From: an uncultured Desulfosarcina sp.
Lineage (GTDB): Bacteria > Desulfobacterota > Desulfobacteria > Desulfobacterales > Desulfosarcinaceae
DNA: 64,000 nucleotides
NCBI GenBank assembly: GCA_963674945.2
Contig: CAXXWQ010000004.1
Location: forward strand, 2,880,001-2,944,000
Direction: 5' to 3'
The notes under the pieces are model-generated. The model worked only from the letters and a program-made list of their open reading frames with translations, had not been told where the DNA came from and did not search any database. The translations under genes were made by a program, and so were the position numbers. This document shows, in pieces, positions 52,401 through 60,938 of this stretch (its first letter is position 1; each line of letters begins with the position of its first letter).

Positions 52401-52832
52401 CACGTAATGGATACCGCACGGTCCCATGGCACGGATGGAAATGGTTTCATGTCCGCCGTTGCATTGACCGGAGATACGGACGTTTACGACCACCGGGCGG
52501 AAAAGGTGGCGCTGATCACCATGCATGCCGCCAAGGGATTGGAATTTCCCGCCGTTTTTATTTGCGGCTGCGAAGAGGGGTGGATTCCCTATGAATCCCA
52601 TACGCTCCCGGTAAATGAAGACGAAGAGCGACGACTCTTCTATGTGGCCTTGACCCGGGCCAAAAGGCACCTGTTTCTGACAAAGGCGGACAAAAGAAAA
52701 ATCAATGGCAGCCTGCTTTCTCGAAAATGGTCACCCTTTGCAAAAGATATCGAAAACCGATACAAATCCTTTTCCGGTTCCACTTCGAAAAAAACAGAAA
52801 AGCCGACCCAGACGCAGCTTTCACTCTTTTGA
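49431..52832 (+). CDS. endonuclease Q (PHP) - UvrD/PcrA helicase fusion
   Basis: DLHIHS, PAHIWTPW, ETGLSSD, NSDAHS, GKYH..C..CPVC; AGPGTGKT, DEYQD, GDPDQAIYGFRG, KGLEF, EERRLFYVALTRA. Confidence 0.9.
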   Translation: MVTKPFIADLHIHSKYSRATARNLDLENIYIWAQRKGITVVGTGDFTHPEWFDQLKEKLEPAEPGLYRLKPDIASRCDEEVQTSCRGIVRFMLTCEISNIYKREGHTRKNHNLVFFSEMADVEKFNSRLEEIGNIRSDGRPILGLDARNLLEIVLETSDEGYLVPAHIWTPWFSMLGSKSGFDSIEACFSDLRSHVFAAETGLSSDPAMNWRVSDLDGLTLISNSDAHSPSKLGREANRFTTSLDYHAMRSALETGDGFAGTFEFYPEEGKYHVDGHRKCEIAFTPAQTRSHKGICPVCQRPLTLGVLHRVVDLSTRPEGVRPKRSFPFHRLIPLDDLLSEILRVGVQSKKVKQNYQILLEKLGSEFSILHDLEKEIIETAGIPLLAEAIERMRDNRVNFSPGFDGQYGTVRIFSEQERKQLLGQRMLFANFEKQCDSSKAEKEKIPCSTGAFSSCSIPRENRIENTHSFGLNADQQQAVDHDKGSLMIVAGPGTGKTRTLTHKIARCIQDGTDAEKILAVTFTNKAATEMKERLTDLISRDIPVPFVGTFHGLGYEILRSCSDDAPPVIVDERMRKDLVRDAIVLGGISNSTANKEIKDILARIALAKQRMKASDDQLDGICPSDRLDVFSKCYQIYEHLLRFQGLVDFEDLIFRTVKSLQTDPKARRKYIGRYEYLFVDEYQDINAGQYRLVRLLAGDHAKVCIIGDPDQAIYGFRGSDVKCFSWFMNDFPDARPIYLKRNYRSTTTILDISTQVIQRNPEIQAIGGRKQIFSDVAGNRTIQFISAVSEKAEAVAIGKTIETMMGGTSFFSMDTEAVDSTNKTPAFGFSDFAVLCRTRRQGHCLMDVLEKAGIPCQMVDRNGVLDHPGIQAVLSLFRLICLEPLFADLHHVSEIFKPSLSKPTIEIVKNWSYTNDLSCSMALEQARRLPIPDLGRSRQKQLYEITRKLNECRENFKESTIDAVLGWILDRMRNGRKMEGDRSFEKGRAHVMDTARSHGTDGNGFMSAVALTGDTDVYDHRAEKVALITMHAAKGLEFPAVFICGCEEGWIPYESHTLPVNEDEERRLFYVALTRAKRHLFLTKADKRKINGSLLSRKWSPFAKDIENRYKSFSGSTSKKTEKPTQTQLSLF

Positions 52833-52856
52833 TAGAGAAACAGCTTCGAATATAAG

Positions 52857-53756
52857 ATGAAAACCGACAACCTAATTCAATTCAATCCATCGAAACAGCT
52901 TTTACAGAAAGCCTGGAATATCGTCAACGATGTGGAATTTTTTCTTTCCAATGCAAACAGTTCCGTTGACTGCCTGATCGACGCCCTGTCATGGGCGGAC
53001 GTTTCCTTGAAATTGAAAATCGTTCCTTTGTTGGGGCTTTCCGGACAAGAGAGGGTGCTCGAACCCCTTTATGGGCTCGTCGTGAATTCCCGGCAAGACG
53101 AACGGGTTCGTCAGATGGCGGCAGTACAGCTATCAATCGCCGTTTCTCGGTGTTGCAACGATCCGTCGGACTTACGAAAACGGCTCATCACGGGTCTTTC
53201 CCATCAAGACGGCGCCATACGGGAAAACTGTGCCCTGGCATTGGGATGGGAGGGAAACATCGAGGCGGTAAAAGACCTCGTTCAATGCCTGAACGATCCT
53301 GACCGAGGTGTTCAATCCGCCGCTGTCTCTGCCCTTTCCTCCGTGGATGACGATCGCGTTTTCGATTTGTTGATCAACAGGCTTTCTGTCGGTATTTTTG
53401 AGGAAAAGCGGAATATATTGCTCCATCTGTGGCGATTTGCGAGAAAAAGATCCCAGGTGGCATCGGTGTATATCGATCACCTGGAGGATCTGGATAACGA
53501 CTTACGAATGGATGCCCTTTTCGGTATGGCCATGATTCCCCCCTCGTCGAAGATCTTGGACGCGTACCGAAAAATTGTAACCAATGAAAAAGGGGCGATT
53601 CTTCGACGAGTGTTGGAGAATCTATCCGGAATGGATCCCTTCGTAACGAAATCGTTTGAGGACGTTCTTCGGAATCTGGCCAGCGACCCGGATGCCAGGA
53701 TTCGGCAATTGGCGATCCGTATTGTTTCCAGTCCCGTTTCAGGCAAATGGTCTTGA
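52857..53756 (+). CDS. HEAT-repeat protein
   Basis: Repeated D..VR..AA..L helical motifs. Confidence 0.78.
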   Translation: MKTDNLIQFNPSKQLLQKAWNIVNDVEFFLSNANSSVDCLIDALSWADVSLKLKIVPLLGLSGQERVLEPLYGLVVNSRQDERVRQMAAVQLSIAVSRCCNDPSDLRKRLITGLSHQDGAIRENCALALGWEGNIEAVKDLVQCLNDPDRGVQSAAVSALSSVDDDRVFDLLINRLSVGIFEEKRNILLHLWRFARKRSQVASVYIDHLEDLDNDLRMDALFGMAMIPPSSKILDAYRKIVTNEKGAILRRVLENLSGMDPFVTKSFEDVLRNLASDPDARIRQLAIRIVSSPVSGKWS

Positions 53757-53766
53757 TCAATCACCG

Positions 53767-56172
53767 CTACATGTCGGATTTGAAAAACGATTCGGCATCC
53801 ACGATGGTATCCGGTCGCTTCGTGTATTCGGTGGGAACGGTGCCTTCTTTGAAACACTCAAACCGGGTTTTTTTCGATTCGGGAATGGGCAACAGTCCCG
53901 TTTCCGCATCGATTTTTGCGAAAACCACCCCCTTTGGCACCTGAAACACTCTTTCCGGCAGGCCTTTGTGTACGGCCTCCATGAATCCCAACCAGATGGG
54001 GCTTGCGGTTCGGGATCCGGTTTCTCCTCTTCCCATGGGACGTCCGTTGTCAAACCCCACCCATACGCCGGATATGAATTGTGGGGTATAGCCCATGAAC
54101 CACGCATCCTGAAGATCGTTGGTGGTTCCTGTTTTTCCGGCAACCGGCCTATTCAGTGCCCTGACCCTTCTGCCTGTTCCCTCCTTGACGACGCTTTCCA
54201 GCAGACTGGTCATGATATAGGCCGTACTTTTATCGATGACCCGCTCCCGGGAAGGGCTCATCTCTTCGAGAATATTGCCGTACCGATCTTCGATTTTGGT
54301 GATGAAGGCCGGTTGTACCAAATACCCCTGATTGGCAAATACGGCATAGGCATTGACGAGTTCAAGCAAAGACACCCCGGACGAGCCCAATGCAATGGAA
54401 AGGTCCCGGGACAATTCACTCTCGATTCCCAGTCTCCTTGCGTAATTGATGCAATAGTCTATGCCGATATCCTGTAGAATCTTTATTGTGACAACGTTTC
54501 TCGACTTGGCCAACGCCTCGCGAAGCAAGGTGGGACCGTAGAATTTTTTTCCGTAGTTTTTCGGTTTCCAGGTAAAATCGCTGGTTTCGTCCGTAAAGAC
54601 AATGGGAGAGTCGATGATCTCCGTTGCAGGGGTGTATCCCTTGTCCAGGGCCGCCGCGTAGATGATGGGTTTGAAGGCGCTGCCCGGCTGTCTACGGGAT
54701 TGAATGGCCCGGTTGAACTGACTCTGCATGAAATCACGGCCGCCGACCATGACCTTCACCAGTCCGGTTTCCGCTTCGATGCACAATAGGGCGCTTTGGG
54801 CATCTGGAACCTGATCCAAGGTCAGTTTCCACAGATCACCGTCATCGGTCTTTTCTTCCAGCCGCACGAGGATGACGTCTCCGGTCTTTAGCACATTACT
54901 GATCTTTCGCACGGGATCTTGTCGCATGGTCCGGTTGACATTGGGTTTTCTTGCCCAACGCATATCCTTCAGGAAAATGGCTCCCTGGTCGTTCCCCATG
55001 CGGACGGTTGCGGTCCCGGCGGCATCATCAATGTCGATGATGACGCCACGAACGGAGGATCCCTCGGTCAGCGGTGTTTCTTCGAAGGTAAGTTGCAGCA
55101 TCTCGCTAAATTGTTCGATTTCTTCCGGCGTCAGGTGTTCTTCCGGTCCTCTGTATCCCTGGCGCCGGTCCAGGTCCCGGAGCCCCTTTTCAATCTCCTT
55201 GCGTGCGGCCTTTTGCATCTCGATGTTCACGGCCGCGTATATTTTCAGTCCCTGTGTGTAAAGAGCCTCTTTTCCATACTTTTTTTCCACGTAACGGCGA
55301 ACATGTTCCGTATAGATGGGCACCTGTTCGATGTACCAGTTCCGTCTGGGCTTGATATCCATTTTGATGTCAATGGCTTCGGTAACCGCTGCATTATCGA
55401 TGAACCCTTCTTCCAGCATTCGGTTCAACACGTATATTTGCCGCTGTTTTGCCCGTTCGGGATACCGAAACGGTGAGTAACGGCTGGGTGCCTGGGGAAG
55501 TCCGGCCAAAATGGCGCATTCTGCCAAGTTCAGCTCACTGACCGATTTTCCAAAGTAGTTTTCCGCCGCCGCTTCCACACCGTATGCGCCGTGCCCCAGA
55601 TAGATTTGGTTCAAATATAGGTAGAGGATCTCTTCCTTGGTCAGGGCCTTGTCGATCTTATACGCCAAAATGGCTTCCTTGATCTTTCGTTCATAGCTTC
55701 GCTCCGGTGAAAGCAGAAAGGATTTGGTAACCTGCTGGGTGATGGTGCTTCCCCCCTGAACGATGGCCCCTGCCTCCAGATTTTTAATGAAGGCCCGGAT
55801 GATACTCAAAAAGTCGATGCCGTTGTGCGTGTAGAAGCGGGCATCTTCCGCTGCGACGAAAGCCTGTTGAAGCGTAAGTGGGATTTTCGACAAGGGAACG
55901 ACGATGCGCCGTTCCTTGTAGAACTCGGCAATTTTGCGGTTGTCGTCCGAATATACGGTGGTGATGATGGAAGGGTGGTAATCGGTCAAGGACGTGATTT
56001 TGGGGAGGTCCTTGCTCAAATAGTAGTATACGGCGACTGCGGCCGCAGCGCCGGCGATGACAAATAAACAGGCGATCACAAGAGACCATTTGATCAGCCT
56101 GCCGATCAATCCGTTTGATTTTCGGCGGGCCCGCTTTCTTAAAATTTGTGATGTACTTTTTTCTTTGGACAT
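53767..56172 (-). CDS. mrcA: penicillin-binding protein 1A
   Basis: AEDARF, GGSTITQQ, RKIKE, SAFK, SRN, KTG. Confidence 0.93.
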   Translation of the reverse strand: MSKEKSTSQILRKRARRKSNGLIGRLIKWSLVIACLFVIAGAAAAVAVYYYLSKDLPKITSLTDYHPSIITTVYSDDNRKIAEFYKERRIVVPLSKIPLTLQQAFVAAEDARFYTHNGIDFLSIIRAFIKNLEAGAIVQGGSTITQQVTKSFLLSPERSYERKIKEAILAYKIDKALTKEEILYLYLNQIYLGHGAYGVEAAAENYFGKSVSELNLAECAILAGLPQAPSRYSPFRYPERAKQRQIYVLNRMLEEGFIDNAAVTEAIDIKMDIKPRRNWYIEQVPIYTEHVRRYVEKKYGKEALYTQGLKIYAAVNIEMQKAARKEIEKGLRDLDRRQGYRGPEEHLTPEEIEQFSEMLQLTFEETPLTEGSSVRGVIIDIDDAAGTATVRMGNDQGAIFLKDMRWARKPNVNRTMRQDPVRKISNVLKTGDVILVRLEEKTDDGDLWKLTLDQVPDAQSALLCIEAETGLVKVMVGGRDFMQSQFNRAIQSRRQPGSAFKPIIYAAALDKGYTPATEIIDSPIVFTDETSDFTWKPKNYGKKFYGPTLLREALAKSRNVVTIKILQDIGIDYCINYARRLGIESELSRDLSIALGSSGVSLLELVNAYAVFANQGYLVQPAFITKIEDRYGNILEEMSPSRERVIDKSTAYIMTSLLESVVKEGTGRRVRALNRPVAGKTGTTNDLQDAWFMGYTPQFISGVWVGFDNGRPMGRGETGSRTASPIWLGFMEAVHKGLPERVFQVPKGVVFAKIDAETGLLPIPESKKTRFECFKEGTVPTEYTKRPDTIVDAESFFKSDM

Positions 56173-56398
56173 GATTAGCCTGGAGAGAAAAGAATGTTTT
56201 TGGATTCGGGCAAAAGCAAGGGCAATCCTTGCACCATTTCGTTCTTCCTTGGAAGAGATGATCGTAAAACCAAGACAAAGTCAAGAATCTTTCGCAAGAG
56301 TATCCAACAGTTGGATAAAAAGGGATTGACTCGAACGGTCGATCTGGGTAGATACTTCGGTTTTGCAAAAACGTTTGAAAAGACGGAGTGAAAAACCG

Positions 56399-56776
56399 AT
56401 GATCGAATTGAAATTCGAAAAAATGGGCGGTTTGATTCCGGCAATCGCCCAAGATGAAAAAACAGGCGAGGTTCTCATGCTGGCCTACATGAACCGAGAG
56501 GCATGGGAAGCCACCTTGAAAACCGGTCGGGCCACTTACTACAGTCGAAGCCGCGATACGTTGTGGGTCAAGGGGCTCACCTCCGGGCATGTTCAGAACG
56601 TCAAGGAGATTCGGGTGGATTGTGATGCCGATACCGTGCTGCTCAGCGTCGAGCAGGTGGGGGGCGCCGCCTGTCATACCGGGTACGCCAGCTGTTTCTA
56701 TCAACGGGTAAAAGATGGTGCGCTGATTGTCGACAAAGAGCCGGTTTTTGATCCCAAGGAGGTTTACAAAAAATGA
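56399..56776 (+). CDS. hisI: phosphoribosyl-AMP cyclohydrolase
   Basis: [27 protein letters not shown]. Confidence 0.95.
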   Translation: MIELKFEKMGGLIPAIAQDEKTGEVLMLAYMNREAWEATLKTGRATYYSRSRDTLWVKGLTSGHVQNVKEIRVDCDADTVLLSVEQVGGAACHTGYASCFYQRVKDGALIVDKEPVFDPKEVYKK

Positions 56777-57648
56777 CCACACCCCTGAAACTGGGTATTC
56801 CAAAAGGCAGCCTGCAAAACGCCACATTTGCCCTCTTCAAGCGATCCGGATGGAATATCACGGTCAATGATCGCAGTTATTTTCCCGAGATCAACGACGA
56901 TACCATCGAATGCGCCATCTGCAGGGCACAGGAGATGTCCCGATATGTGGAGAACGGCACCCTGGACGCCGGTCTTACCGGAAAGGACTGGATTGCCGAA
57001 AACAACAGCCAAGTTCATGTGGTAGAGGATCTGATCTATTCAAAGGTCAGCGCGCGTCCGGCACGATGGGTCCTGGCCGTTCCCTACGATTCATCCATCA
57101 AATCGTTGGAGGATTTAAACGGAAAAAAAATTGCCACCGAACTGGTGGCTTTTACCGAACGTTTTTTCAAAGAGCGTAACATCGATGTGAAAGTGGAATT
57201 TTCCTGGGGTGCAACCGAAGCCAAGGTGGTTTCCGAACTGGCCGACGCCATCGTGGAGGTCACGGAAACCGGCAGCACCATTAAAGCACACGGGCTTCGC
57301 ATCATCCATGAACTGATGCAGACCAACACCCAGTTGATCGCCAACAAAACGGCATGGGAGGATCGGGCCAAACGGACGAAGATCGAACAGATCGCCCTTT
57401 TGCTTAAAGGGGCGCTTCTGGGTGAAAAGATGGTGGGAATCAAGATGAACGTGCCACAGGACAAATTGTCCCAGGTGGTGGATCGATTGCCAAGCCTCCA
57501 TGCACCCACCATCGCCTCCTTGTATCAGTCCGACTGGTTTTCCGTGGAGACCGTCGTGGACACCGGTGTAATCCGGGATCTGATCCCCGAACTGCTGAAA
57601 ATGGGAGCCGAAGGGATCATCGAATACCCGCTGAATAAGGTAATCTGA
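56773..57648 (+). CDS. hisG: ATP phosphoribosyltransferase (long form)
   Basis: PKGSL, GATE, ETGST. Confidence 0.94.
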   Translation: MTTPLKLGIPKGSLQNATFALFKRSGWNITVNDRSYFPEINDDTIECAICRAQEMSRYVENGTLDAGLTGKDWIAENNSQVHVVEDLIYSKVSARPARWVLAVPYDSSIKSLEDLNGKKIATELVAFTERFFKERNIDVKVEFSWGATEAKVVSELADAIVEVTETGSTIKAHGLRIIHELMQTNTQLIANKTAWEDRAKRTKIEQIALLLKGALLGEKMVGIKMNVPQDKLSQVVDRLPSLHAPTIASLYQSDWFSVETVVDTGVIRDLIPELLKMGAEGIIEYPLNKVI

Positions 57649-57671
57649 CGCAAATTAAAAAGGGGTGGGCC

Positions 57672-58814
57672 ATGGCATCGAAACGTACCGAGAAGATGAC
57701 GTCTTTTATCGTCATGGATGTATTGGAACGGGCCTGTACCATGGAGTGTGAAGGCAAGGATATCGTCCATCTGGAGGTGGGCGAACCGGACTTCGACACG
57801 CCGGCTTGTATCAAGGCAGCCGCCTGCAAGGCCCTTGACGAAGGCTTTACCCATTATACCCACAGCCTGGGAATTGTCGAACTGCGGGAGGCCATTTGTG
57901 AATACTACCACGGCACCTACGGTGTTTCGGTAGATCCGGACCAGGTGGTGGTCACTTCCGGGACATCACCGGCAATCTTCATGACATTTGCCGCCCTTCT
58001 GGAAGCCGGCGACGAGGTGATTCTATCCGACCCCCACTACGCCTGCTATCCCAATTTTATCGAGTTTGTGGGTGGGATTCCGGTGCTGGTGCCGGTCTTC
58101 GAACAAGACGGATTCCAATTTCGTCCCGAAGCCATTCAAAAGAAGATGACCAGCAGGACCCGGGGCATCTTCATCAACTCTCCTTCCAACCCCACGGGCA
58201 ATCTTTTGTCCGAAAAAAGAATGAACGCCATCGCCGACCTGGGCCCATGGGTCGTATCCGACGAGATCTATCACGGTCTGGTCTACGAGGGGAAGGAACA
58301 TTCAATCCTTGAGTTCACCGACCGGGCCTTCGTGTTGAACGGGTTCTCCAAACTCTTTGCCATGACCGGCCTTCGCCTGGGATACCTGATCGCACCCAAA
58401 GAATTCGTTCGTCCCCTTCAAAAGGTACATCAGAATTTCTTCATTTCGGCAAACGCCATGATTCAAAAGGCGGGAATCGCCGCGTTGAAGGAAGCCGGGG
58501 ATGATGTGGCGCGGATGAAGCGGATCTACAACGAGCGGCGGGTTTTTATGATTCGGCGACTCAAGGAGATGGGGCTGGGCATCACCGTTGAACCCACCGG
58601 GGCCTTCTACGTTTTCGCCAATGCCAGCCATCTTTCCAACGACTCCTACGCATTGGCGTTCGAAATCCTGGAAAACGCCTGCGTGGGTGTTACGCCGGGC
58701 ATCGATTTCGGTCGAAACGGCGAGGGATACCTTCGGTTTTCCTACGCCAATTCCATGAAAAATATCGAAGAAGGCCTGAATCGTCTGGAAAATTATCTTT
58801 CCACCCGAAAGTAG
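57672..58814 (+). CDS. class I PLP-dependent aminotransferase
   Basis: GEPDF, NSPSNPTG, SDEIY, FSKLFAMTGLRLG. Confidence 0.93.
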   Translation: MASKRTEKMTSFIVMDVLERACTMECEGKDIVHLEVGEPDFDTPACIKAAACKALDEGFTHYTHSLGIVELREAICEYYHGTYGVSVDPDQVVVTSGTSPAIFMTFAALLEAGDEVILSDPHYACYPNFIEFVGGIPVLVPVFEQDGFQFRPEAIQKKMTSRTRGIFINSPSNPTGNLLSEKRMNAIADLGPWVVSDEIYHGLVYEGKEHSILEFTDRAFVLNGFSKLFAMTGLRLGYLIAPKEFVRPLQKVHQNFFISANAMIQKAGIAALKEAGDDVARMKRIYNERRVFMIRRLKEMGLGITVEPTGAFYVFANASHLSNDSYALAFEILENACVGVTPGIDFGRNGEGYLRFSYANSMKNIEEGLNRLENYLSTRK

Positions 58815-58820
58815 CGCGCC

Positions 58821-59423
58821 ATGATCGTCAAATCGGCACAATTTGTCACCAGCGCCGTCAAGCCGTCCCAATATCCCGCAGCGACGCTTCCCGAGGCGGC
58901 TTTCGCCGGCCGTTCCAATGTGGGCAAGTCATCTTTGATCAACACTCTGGTGAATCGAAAGCGATTGGTCAAGACCGGATCCACGCCCGGCCGGACACAG
59001 CTCATCAACTTTTTTACCGTCAACGACAGACTTTTTCTCGTGGATCTTCCCGGGTACGGATACGCCAAGGTGCCCGAATCGGTACGCCGCAAGTGGGGTC
59101 CCATGATCGAGGCCTATCTGAAGGGACGAAAATCCCTTTCGGCCGTCGTACTGATTCTGGACGTCCGACGGACACCCGGTGTCGAAGAAAAAAATTTCAT
59201 TGATTGGCTGGCGTTGTACGGCAGAAAGTCGATCCTGGTTTTGACCAAGGCGGATAAGTTGTCAAAAACCGCACAGAAGAAGCGGCAGACCGCTATCGGG
59301 ACCGAATTGGGTGTCGATCCTTCCTGTTTGATTCTCTTTTCTGCCAAGACACGGTTGGGCAAAGAGCGGGTATGGTCGGCGCTGGAAAGAGCCGTACTGG
59401 ATGAACACCATGAAAAGGACTGA
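58821..59423 (+). CDS. engB: ribosome biogenesis GTPase YihA/YsxC
   Basis: GRSNVGKSS, DLPGYGY, TKAD. Confidence 0.95.
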   Translation: MIVKSAQFVTSAVKPSQYPAATLPEAAFAGRSNVGKSSLINTLVNRKRLVKTGSTPGRTQLINFFTVNDRLFLVDLPGYGYAKVPESVRRKWGPMIEAYLKGRKSLSAVVLILDVRRTPGVEEKNFIDWLALYGRKSILVLTKADKLSKTAQKKRQTAIGTELGVDPSCLILFSAKTRLGKERVWSALERAVLDEHHEKD

Positions 59424-60315
59424 TGGTTCATCCGGTTTTCGATCCGGATTCGTTGCCATTCTCGGTGCACCCAATGCGGGCAAATCGACACTTCTCAATC
59501 GTTTTCTCGGTCAGAAGATCTCCATCGTTTCCAAAAAACCCCAGACCACCCGAAACCGCATCCTGGGCGTCGCCCACGGAGCCGGTTCCCAGATGGTTTT
59601 TTTGGATACGCCGGGCGTTCATCGAACGAAAACCCCCCTTAACACACGAATCGTGGACGCGGCCTTCGCCACCCTTTCCGAGGCCGATCTCGTCTTGCTG
59701 GTGGCCGATGCCCAGCATCCGGATGAATCGTCGGAACGTCTTTTGCTGAAAAATTTAGAAAAGCAACGGTTGCCGGTGATTCTGGCCCTTAACAAGATCG
59801 ATCTGATCAAACGATCAGTGCTGCTTACCCGGATCGCGTCATGGGATGAACGCTTTTCCTTTACGGCGGTGGTTCCCGTCAGTGCAAAAAACGGGGAGCA
59901 GGTGGACAGTTTGCTGTCCGCTATGGAGACGGTCCTTCCCATCGGGCCGCCATTTTTTCCCCCGGAGAGTCTCACGGATTTACCCACGCGGTTCATCGCC
60001 GCCGAAATGATCCGGGAAAAGGCCTTTCGACTCACCGGTCAGGAGGTTCCCTACGCCGTCGCGGTGACCATCGATTCCTTTACAGAAGAAAAGGATGGGT
60101 CCCTGGTACGAATCGATGCCACCATCCACGTGGAACGGGATTCACAAAAGGGAATCGTCATTGGAAAACAGGGAGCGAAACTCAAACAGATCGGTGAGGC
60201 GGCGCGAAAGGAGATCGAAATGCTATTGGACACGAAAGTATTTTTAAAACTGTTCGTCCGTGTGCAGAAAAACTGGACAAAAGATACCAAAGCGCTTCGT
60301 AAATTCGGTTATTAG
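59410..60315 (+). CDS. era: GTPase Era
   Basis: GAPNAGKST, QTTR, DTPG, NKID, KH motif VIGKQG. Confidence 0.95.
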   Translation: MKRTDGSSGFRSGFVAILGAPNAGKSTLLNRFLGQKISIVSKKPQTTRNRILGVAHGAGSQMVFLDTPGVHRTKTPLNTRIVDAAFATLSEADLVLLVADAQHPDESSERLLLKNLEKQRLPVILALNKIDLIKRSVLLTRIASWDERFSFTAVVPVSAKNGEQVDSLLSAMETVLPIGPPFFPPESLTDLPTRFIAAEMIREKAFRLTGQEVPYAVAVTIDSFTEEKDGSLVRIDATIHVERDSQKGIVIGKQGAKLKQIGEAARKEIEMLLDTKVFLKLFVRVQKNWTKDTKALRKFGY

Positions 60316-60317
60316 AA

Positions 60318-60932
60318 ATGAAAGAAGAAAAAATCACATTCCAATCAGGTGCGCTGGAATTGGAAGGCTTGTACAGCCACAACCCAGGCACCAAGGCCGC
60401 GGTGATCACCCATCCCCACCCCCTTTACGGCGGTGACATGTACAACCCCGTGGTGGAGGCCATTTGCCATGCTTACCAGAAGGCCGGTTTTTCAACTTTA
60501 CGATTCAATTTCCGAGGAACGGGAAGAAGTACCGGTACCCATGACGATGGCATCGGGGAAAAGGCGGATGTGGCCAGTGCAATGGCTTTTTTGGGAAACG
60601 AAGGTTTCGAAACGCTTCATCTGTCCGGATACTCCTTCGGATCATGGGTCAATGCAATGTTCCTTCAAAGGGACGTTTTTTTTACCGCGTTGACCATGGT
60701 GGCACCGCCTGTGGCATTTATCCCTTTCGATGAGGGCATCCGATTGCCCTCTCTTTCAATGGTTATTGCCGGCAGTCACGATGAATTTGCCCCGCCGGAA
60801 CAGATCCGACCATTACTGAACAAGTGGAACCGATCTGCAGGAATGGAGATCATCCATGGTGCCGATCATTTTTTTTTCGGATTTCTCGACGATGTGACCG
60901 AAAGACTGCTTGGACACCTTGGAACACAATGA
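60318..60932 (+). CDS. alpha/beta hydrolase
   Basis: HPHPLYGG, GYSFG, ADHFF. Confidence 0.9.
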   Translation: MKEEKITFQSGALELEGLYSHNPGTKAAVITHPHPLYGGDMYNPVVEAICHAYQKAGFSTLRFNFRGTGRSTGTHDDGIGEKADVASAMAFLGNEGFETLHLSGYSFGSWVNAMFLQRDVFFTALTMVAPPVAFIPFDEGIRLPSLSMVIAGSHDEFAPPEQIRPLLNKWNRSAGMEIIHGADHFFFGFLDDVTERLLGHLGTQ

Positions 60933-60938
60933 TCCACA

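Noticed and set aside
60122..60137. parS-like CCATCCACGTGGAACG in era
   Set aside because: Four mismatches; explained by the IHVER codons
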